This document shows positions 55,018 to 64,000 of a stretch of DNA of 64,000 nt, one piece after another. A program made the position numbers and the translations under genes. Numbering within the stretch: the first letter of the stretch is position 1; each line of letters opens with the position of its first letter. Below the pieces are notes generated by a model. That model was not told where the DNA came from, did not search any database, and saw only the letters and a list, made by a program, of their open reading frames with translations. Origin of the DNA: Syncephalis fuscata S228 (taxonomy: Eukaryota; Fungi; Zoopagomycota); NCBI GenBank assembly GCA_025786725.1, contig JAHLTZ010000042.1, positions 1 through 64,000 of the forward strand, read 5' to 3'.

Positions 55018-56302
55018 ATGGCTGATCGACGGGCCACTAACAAGTACTATCCACCGGATTGGGATCCCAGTAAGGTAGATGATGGAATTACTGCATTTTA
55101 TAAATACTGAATATTGTTTTAAAGGGTTCTTTAAATCAATATCATGGACAGCATGCATTGCGTGAACGAGCCAGGAAACTTAATCAAGGCATTTTGATTG
55201 TAAGGTAGGTAGTTGACCAGCTATTGAGCTGTTTAATAACAGAATCTGTACAATAGATTTGAACTGCCCTTTAATATATGGTGTGAAGGCTGTGATAATC
55301 ATATTGGCACGGGTAAGTGGATTGAATTGGTTAAAGTGTCATATTAATATAGACTATTCACTATTATTATGTTATGTATTAGGGGTGCGCTATAATGCCG
55401 AGAAGAAAAAGATTGGCAATTATTATAGCACGCCCATTTTAAGTTTTCGTATGAAATGTCATTTATGCGCGAATTGGATTGAGATACATACAGATCCTAA
55501 GGTAATTAAATTAGCAAGCCATTTAACCATATTAACTATATGGTTGATGATTAGAATGCACGATATGTTGTGGTGGGTGGGGCACGACAAAAGATTGAGA
55601 CTTGGGAGCCAGAAGATAGTGAAGTAATTCGTCTTCCAGGTTAGTAGAGGAGAAAGACAAATAGATTTGTTGTAAATACTTACTTGCTGATGATAGATGA
55701 GGCGGATAAAGAACGAAGAGAAAAGAATGCATTTGCCCAGTTGGAACATGGTGTAGAAGATCAACGCAAGGCGGCCACACTTGCACAGCGTTTAACAGAT
55801 CTACAAGAAGTGAACGAGAAACATTGGAGCTCACCCGATGATCAGTCAAGTAGATTGCGGAAACGATTTCGAGTAAGTATTAATACTAGTATTATTGGCT
55901 GTACTAAATCAAATGTAGACGGAAAAGAAAGTGCTGGCGGTAAAGAAGAAAGAAGCTGATGAGATTAGAGAACGCAACTCATTAAGCATTCCTATCGTAC
56001 CAGAATCAACTGAAGATGTATTGGCGGCAAAGAATGTTGTTTTTGGTGATGCATTAAAGCAGGAGCAGGCTATACAGCAGAAACGAACGATTCATGCAAA
56101 GCCACTGTTTACAAAAGAATCAACAAAGCGGCACCATTCATCTGTCGTTAAATCGAGTATTTCACAGCAGATTCTTATGAATACGCGGCGGAAAATGGAT
56201 CCATTTTTGACAGCTAGTTCATTTAGTAATAGTTCAAAAAGTACCACTAGTTCTGTAAAGCTTTTAGTGAAGCGTAAATCATCAACTACACTAGATAAAT
56301 AG
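55018..56302 (+). CDS. CCDC130: CCDC130/YJU2B (Saf4/Yju2 family) splicing factor
   Basis: [76 protein letters not shown]. Confidence 0.93.
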
Positions 56303-56543
56303 CTCAAGTTGTTTGTTTGGCAGTGGTGGCTGTGTCAGCAATTAGTACTGTATTATTGTAAATCGAAATTAAAATAATTTTAAACATCATGTTTAATAAA
56401 TAGCCAAATTATATGACTTTGTATAACATAACAGAGGTTGAAATAACTAAGCTTATTAATTATTATAAACACATTTTAAACGTTGTAACAATATATTCAG
56501 CTTTAAGCTATTCGTCAAGTTTTATTTGTTTTCATCTTTGGTT

Positions 56544-58049
56544 CTACTTTATCCGATTTAAGTATTGCTCTGGAGTGAGTCGCTTACTAGGATCCAAGGC
56601 TAGACACTGGTTGATCATGGTCAGTAGTAAAGCGCCTTCTTTTGGATGATTCGTATAGTCGACGTCAAATTCATTGAAAATACCCAGTTGCAAGAATCCA
56701 TTAAGAACAAACTGCGAATAATTTTTAAAGTAAGGGTCTTGCATTGAAACGCGCATACTGGCTCTTAATACTTCAAATATGTTTTGTGGTAACATGAGTT
56801 TGTCGAACGATGTCGGTACCATTTGTTGAACACTGGCTGCTGGAAAGAAGCCATTATCGTTATTAAGTAAAAGAGCTGGGCGGTTATTTGAAGATGCCGA
56901 ATTATCGATAATGCTTTTTACCAAATAAGCTTTGAATTTTTGAAGAAAATCTCTAAATGTGCTTTGAATGTTTTTAGACGGTTGTTTCATTCCTAGGCTA
57001 GAGAATAACGTATCGATGTTGGCGTTATGCTTGCTACGCTCCTTGACATCAAAGAGATCGGTAAGTGCAGCGGTATAAAGCATTTCACCAACATTCCACA
57101 TGTCCATACTACGTGGATCACCTTTACTCTGATTAATCCACTCTGGCGAGTAAAGCAAAAACGGCTCATGAGGTGCTGCTGGCTTTACTACTGTGCCATC
57201 AAAAATGGGATCAGGATTTTTGATTACACTGATGTCGATTAATGGCATTGGCTCAGGATGTAGTATAACATTAACATCTATAATCGTTTATATAAGTAAT
57301 TGCGCTAGATGTATCAGAATATCAACCTACTTAGTGGATTGAGATTGAGGTTGGCCCAGCCTACTTGATGAATATAATTGATGCCTGTTTATATGGTAAT
57401 AAAGTTAATTGGCCGTTTGACTGAGGATACACAAAATGTTTTTACCTTGTAGTAGCTGCTTAAAGAACTTTGGAAACATTCTAATCTTTTCATAGCGTGA
57501 CAAGGTTTGCATGTAGTAGTTTAGTGAACCAGCAGTTTGAGTAACTACAACAAAACAATGCATGTTTTGGCCAGGAGAAAAAGCCCATGGTGCCAGAACG
57601 TACTTTTCTCCATCCATACCATGCTGAGTGCTCGTTTTTGTTGTCATGTCCTAGAATTGATGCAGTTTAGTACAATGCTATGAATAAACAATATAGAACA
57701 TACTTTATAGAATTTAAATTGGTTATTAAAGTCTGCTGGTGCACGGCACCTGACAGTAACTGGCCTGTTTCTATATAGCTGATTCCAAGTGTACTCGTTG
57801 TTGATTTTACGAAGTTGATCTGGAATGTAGATACCATCAGGAATAATACTGAATTGCTGCGTAGTATCTGGGCTATGTGCCACTAGAAGTTTTATTGTAT
57901 AAATGTTTATGCCAAAATCTACACTTTACTAACATACCTGCCATAAATCTATCCATAATCGACGCACCGAGTGTGGATTGGGCAGCTTGCAGCAATACCA
58001 AAGCACTAGTAATGGTAGCTAGTGGGTTTGCTTGTGTGAAAATCATCAT
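56544..58049 (-). CDS. Secreted protein-kinase-fold protein (probable pseudokinase), 5 exons
   Basis: N-terminal hydrophobic signal (TITSALVLLQAAQSTLG); PVTVRC, KQLLQG|INYIHQVGWANLNLNPL, YSPEW, MDMWNVGEMLY, MINQCLALDPSKRLTPEQYL. Confidence 0.7.
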
Positions 58050-60091
58050 AAGTGCATCAAATTGTTTTATTGAGCGGATATAATTTGTGTTTGTGTGTGT
58101 CTAAAAAAATAATATTGAGAGAAAAGTGGCGATGTCAAAAGAGCTAATGGCCAACAATAGCAACAATTTATGGCTATTATATAGCTATTCTAGCATTCTA
58201 TAGCTGTATAGAAAAAATAACAAGTGTTTTAAATTTACCATTAAGTCAATTGACGCACATGGCCAACATGTTTTAATTATCGTTTTAACTAATCGTATTC
58301 GTGCTGATGGTTACTTTATAACTTGAAGTTTCAGCAACTTGCTATCCATAAACAGTATTTAAACAGCCCAATTAATCACAAGTCGTTTTCAATTGCAAAC
58401 CATTTTAAGCAATAGTTACATTCCACGACCAATAAATTTTAACTTTCCTTCCTTGAATACTTAGCACGTGAACACTTTTTGTATTGAAACTCAATATAGA
58501 ATTCTGTATATTATATTTTTATTTCCATTAACAACTAAATTTGATATTACCAAGCATTTTTCTGGTTTCAGACCATTTTTATAAAACTAAAATCAATTGC
58601 AAGTTGCTAATAGTTGTACGATTGTAAACAACAAACTACACATGCTTTGTAACACGCCTGTATTACATGTGGATCGTTGTATAAATATAGTTGATCAATC
58701 GGCATACACATGAATGAATGTAGCCTGAATTACACAGTCCAACTAACCATAACTTTTATATTATTTTGTTTTAAAGCATGTAAATGCTTTGGCATTACGC
58801 TGCTATAATTTACAGTCTTGTTAGCAAAGATGTAATTTATATTAATAAGAATGAGCTATTGTTGTGCTGAGCTGGTAAATGTGCTATATGTTACTTTATT
58901 GTAAAGTGCTGCTAAATAATACCTCACATCGTTGGCTAAAATATCTTGTGTAGATTTACCATTCAATAAACGATTACCATGCTTTCTCTATACACAAACC
59001 AATTTAAAAGTGATGCAATAATGTTGTTAATATTTTATGCAAAATACTGCGGCTCAGATTATTTATACCCAAGTACTCGTCAAGTGCACAATGTGCTCAG
59101 AGCTTGACTCTATAATATGGGAAATCTCATCATAGCCAGCAATACTAATAGTATGTTGTTGTAAATTCACGCATAATATGTTAATTGCATGATTCTTGTC
59201 GAGTTATAGAACAAGCTACGTATATCCTCTACATAAGGCAGTCCCCCACCTTAGCACTACGGACAAATTGCCTGATTTGACTTTAGAAATCGGAGACATC
59301 TAAAGATTTCAGACAATTTTTGGTGTAGCTAATTTGCTATGTTAATTTTAACATAATATACAAAACGTCAAACGAAATAAATATTTGCAGCTTATGCTAT
59401 ATTAAGTTATTATTGCATGGCAGTATCAGTTTGTCATAATGCCCGCGCTATCCCATAGCAAATTTTATTATAAATATAAATAAACCACTTTATGATTTTG
59501 TGAATGTTTGGTAAATCGCCACAAGTAATATTGATAAAGAAATAGTAATAGCATGACATAAAGCGAGCTAGTAGCTAATCTTAGTGCAATTAATCTATAG
59601 AAAAAAGGGTGAATGAGTTAATTAAAACTGAGTATTAAAAGCAAGGGCCCATTTACCATATTTGTAAACATTTTTATAGCTGTATGATGGTATTATTTAT
59701 TGATTTAGTTTAGTTGCATATTATATGTAAATTCACATAACTAGTGGCCCTATTCAACTATAAAGTTATTTAAAATATAGAGTTTAAACACAGATTGCTG
59801 TTATTTAATAATGCTATTGAAAGTAAACTGTTCTAACATAAAGCTTTTATTTTGTGAATGGATTAATGCCAAGACAACGTCACTTTATGAATAACTTGGT
59901 TACAGTTGACGTGTGCAGCCAATAAGACGTATACTTTAGTTACTTGCATCCAAGCTATTATTCTAAATAATAACAAGGACAAATTGAAAACACGCCACTA
60001 TACCATTTATTTTCTTTCAATTATTGTGCAATATTATAATCATACTTTTTTGTAAATTGCTGAATACTGCGTTGACGAATATGTTTAGGAA

Positions 60092-62372
60092 ATGTCCATA
60101 CCGCGTGTTTCTACGCAGTGCTCACGGATAATAGCCCATAAACGTCTAGTTTATGAAAACAAGCGATGGGACCTAATCTGTGTCGGTGTGGTCATGCCAC
60201 TTATGGTAATATTGATTATTCCTGCTGCATCAAATTCCTGGCAAAGAGATGAAAAAAATCCACGAATTAAAGTGAACAAACCAGCTGGTAATAGTACATT
60301 AAACAAGCATTTGTCTACTGCTAACCAGTTTATTATCGAGCAGATATTATTGCTCTTATGTCAATTAGTGGATTTTTTGCATTAGTGGCCAATATTACGT
60401 TATACGTGCGACTAAGAGCACCTGATTTTCCCAAATGGGTGGTTCCGGTCACTGTTCTTTCATCTATTATGCGTGGTAGGCTACATTTTCCAAACACGTA
60501 TAACTTACCAATTGATTAGTTATTACGAGCATTGCTGCATATGTGATCTACGCTGTCTTTCATGCGCATAATTACAACTCAAAACACGTGAAATATAGTG
60601 GTGAATATATTATGGGTATAATAGATACATCACTGTCAGGAATTGTTTCTTTTTTATTAATTTGTGATATGTATCGGGCCAAAAGAGCTGACCACCCAGG
60701 CAAGTGCCAAAATTGAGCTGCCATGATTAGAGATAATAAGTCAAACTAGGCACTAGCTTGACTAAACGAGAACTTAAATTCGTCCAATCAGTAACTCAGT
60801 TCATTGTTTGGTGGGCAATTGGCGCTGTGGTATTCATGTATTTGGAAAGCTGGACATTTCTTCAAGCAATTTATTTCTGGATTGGTAAGTCGTAAGATAA
60901 ATAAAAGCAGCAGTTAATTGTTTTTAGTCGCTGTGGCAACTATTGGCTTTGGCAACTTTTTTCCCTCCTACCTGGCCAGCAGGCTAACATGGATAGTGTT
61001 TGAGGCTGTAGGAATTGGTCTGCTTGCAAAAATGATTAATACGTTTGTTATTGTTGTATTTGAAAACATTCAGTTACATACAGAGCAACGCATCCAAGAA
61101 TTACGACGTTTAAGACGAAGGCGTAGGCGTCGCAGTGAAGTGCAGCAAACAGGCATGGATGATATGGAAAGTGACTCTGGAAGCGATATCACTTTAGCGG
61201 AGGACATTGGCCAGACAGTGGCAGATGCGCGTAAAGAAAAGCATATAGAACAAGGCAAAGAAGTTATTAAAAAGATTACTTTTGCAGGTGTTATCTTAAT
61301 GACTTGGTGGCAAGTAACTGAAATGCATAATGCCATCCAGATATTAAATTTTATTATTTGATGCGTACGCGCACTTTTACCTGTTATTAGGTTACTTGGT
61401 GCCTTCACTTTTTCAAGAACCGAAAGCTGGGACTTTGGAACTAGCTTTTATTTTTGTTTTGTTTCATTAACAACTACCGGTAAGTGAGCTCGAGAACAAT
61501 CCATTCAATAATTAGACATCACTAATTGTTGCAAACTAGGCTTTGGTGATGTTGTACTAAGGTCTGCCACCGGTGTTGTCTTATTTATATTCTTCTGTTT
61601 AATTGGTCTTGGAAGCATGGCGTATTTTGGTTCAGTTTTATCGCAAATGAGGCTTTGGATATTGCGCTATAGTATTAAACAGTGTGTGGTTCATGTAGAA
61701 GAGTTTTTTAATCATATAGCAAACTGTTTTCGCGGCATTTTACACCGAGTTGGACTAGGTGGTCCGCCGAATGTGAGTATCGACATACAAACCGATGCAG
61801 AATTGATGTCTCGATCACACACCCTAAGACGGTTTTTGCCCACAAGCATGACAGCTACGACGTATGAGGGGCCTACGCCTATCGACGACGACGTTTTACC
61901 CATGAGCGAACGCGAAGCAGTGGTCGAAGACATTCTGGACGCTACACGAAAGTTAAATCGTATCATCAACAATATGGGACGTTTTCTCGTTGACCCACGA
62001 CAAATTACTGCGCAAAATGCAATAACTCAAATGTCACCAATAGATATCGACAGTCCGGTCGCTCTAACCGAGTCACCAGTAGAATCGCCCAACTTGGAGG
62101 TATTACCACCTTTTCCTCCTCCTCCTCCACCCAGCACACCGCGTTTGCTACTGGATGAAAGAAGACGCCGTTCAACACAGCTTCTTCATTCTCCTCAGGG
62201 ACGTAATACACTGCCGCCAAGAAACCGTATAGTTAACGCTTCCGATGCCGATACGTCTGGTCTAAGTATGCTTGGAAGAATGCCAGCATGGCATGAATGT
62301 CAGCAACAAATACGAGCAATAACGCAAGCTACCATACGGCTGCTCGATATTGAGCGAGATGCCGGCATGTAG
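60092..62372 (+). CDS. TOK-type two-pore-domain potassium channel, paralog 2
   Basis: Pore loops VATIGFGNFFP and SLTTTGFGDVV; intron positions match paralog 1; shared C-terminal LGR..WH.C...I.AT.RLL.IE motif. Confidence 0.85.
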
Positions 62373-62659
62373 ATGACAAATAATCAATGACAATCCGTTA
62401 AATGATTTAAATCATTGTATAAAAACCATAGTTATTATTGAAGTATCTCAATGTAAATTATTTGCTCAATCTAATACTATTTTCTTTTATTTATTATATT
62501 AAAGCTAAACCATAGAACTCAGCATATGATGTAATGTTTGTGAAGTTTAAGAGAAAACTTACAAAGTCAAATAATAAACAGGTGATCATCATAACAGCAC
62601 ACTATTAAATATTAAAAATGAAACATACTCATCATTGATTTGTACACTACTTTTGTATC

Positions 62660-64000
62660 ATGTCTTCTCTACCAACTTCACGCGGCTCAGCGCGTCTTTT
62701 TGCTATGGTAAACCATAATAATACAGTATTATTAGCAATTTAGACTAAGTATATTGTATATAGAGCGAGAATGATCAGTCTAATCAGGGATCACAACTGA
62801 CACTACCTTCACCGCCACCACCACCTTCTACACTTCCAGGAATGCGCACGCTCGGCTCGGCTCCTTCATTCTCTAGTGCGCCCTCTATTGCCATTTTACG
62901 CAAGAAAGGTAATGTTAACGTATTGCTAGTATAGATAGTCTAATGAACTCATATATATATATATATATTGACGGTTATTATGGTCGATACAGAACACACT
63001 CATACGTCGACACCTAGTCCAGCACCAGCAGCCTTTCCACTGGAACAAGAGGCAAAAACCCGCTCTAAAAAGAAGAAAAAGAAGGAGAAGCGAGGTAAAC
63101 GTCGTTCACATCGATCGCGTAGTCCACGTCCATCTAGGTCGCGATCTAAAGAATCAACTCGTTATCATAGACGTCGACGTAGTCCCAGTACCGATGACGT
63201 ATCATCAAGCGATGAAGGATCTACATTAAACTATCATCGTCAACGCTCATCGAACACTTCAGTAAGTGTAATTGAAATTATTTATCTATTATATTTATAT
63301 TTTGCATGTTTATAGACAAAAGGGTAACTTTAATTGTAATAGACCGTTGATACAAAATACTAATAGATCAAATAGACAAAATGATGATCAATATAACAGC
63401 CTTTATTACTATGACCGTCAAGGTGATAGAAATAATCTAACATATGAAAGCATGTACAAATATGATGTACCACGATATAGAACTCGTGAAGGTAACCATT
63501 GCTGTTTATTACACCATTACTGTATACTAACTATAGATAATGTATAATAGTAAGGACAGTTTTGGGTGCCCCATTATTTGTACGCACCATTAAAGGATCT
63601 CACGGTGAAGTATCCAATTTGGAAATATCTAAAAATATGCCATCACGGTCATCAAAGGTATTTATTATATAATTATAGTTATATATATATATAAATACAA
63701 TGATAATCATATATAATAGATATCTCGATATACTGATTATGCTGATCAATTTCGAATTTCCACATCATCATCATCAGCAGCACCAGTATCGATAGAAATA
63801 ACAAAGTAGGTGGTATTAATATTTAAATATAAATAATAACAACCATTAGAAATGAGGCAAATCTAGAAGAAAATGACTATATTAAATTGCAATTCGATAC
63901 GCCAATGTCAAATGCAATAGTTACTCGCACAAACACTGACCTGCCATCAACAATAGATCCGATGAAAGAAAAGCTTATTCAATTAGAACAACATGTACAA
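62660..64000 (+). CDS. NRDE2: NRDE2/Nrl1-like protein, 5' part (runs off the window)
   Basis: APSFSSAP, a Lys/Arg/Ser-rich block, then YYYDRQGDRNNLTYESMYKYDVPRYR, typical of NRDE2 N-termini. Confidence 0.7.

Noticed and set aside
58100-60050. 2-kb AT-rich intergenic region as a possible element or RNA gene
   Set aside because: No ORF, tRNA-like fold or repeat that can be supported from the sequence alone.

Overview
This is an AT-rich, gene-dense eukaryotic window with many short (about 50-80 nt) GT-AG introns and CTAAY branch points, typical of an early-diverging fungus. Gene content and the secreted families suggest Zoopagomycota, e.g. a Syncephalis-like mycoparasite, but that is inference. 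Intron-rich conserved genes include DENND11-like, gamma-SNAP, a GNAT acetyltransferase, a WHIM/PHD chromatin protein, Gemin7, CWC24, an ARM/SmgGDS-like gene, NOP10, BFR2, two TOK K+ channels, a P4-ATPase, Gemin6-like, CCDC130 and NRDE2. Between them lie AT-rich blocks of secreted-protein genes. The main system is a family of seven intronless genes encoding a very small (about 128 aa) His-brace, AA16-like LPMO-type domain with a Glu-x-Tyr motif and swappable C-terminal modules (CBM19-like chitin binder, Lys-rich tail, or none); four of them form a recent tandem array. The window also holds an inverted pair of secreted ricin-B-like proteins with a homogenised promoter/signal peptide, a secreted pseudokinase, a KASH-like protein, decayed Mutator remnants, and two ~30-bp hairpin insertions flanked by 14-16 bp target-site duplications. 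Many single-base deletions, including one in essential BFR2, point to consensus errors, so frameshifts are not taken as proof of pseudogenes. All family calls come from motif recognition by eye, not database searches.
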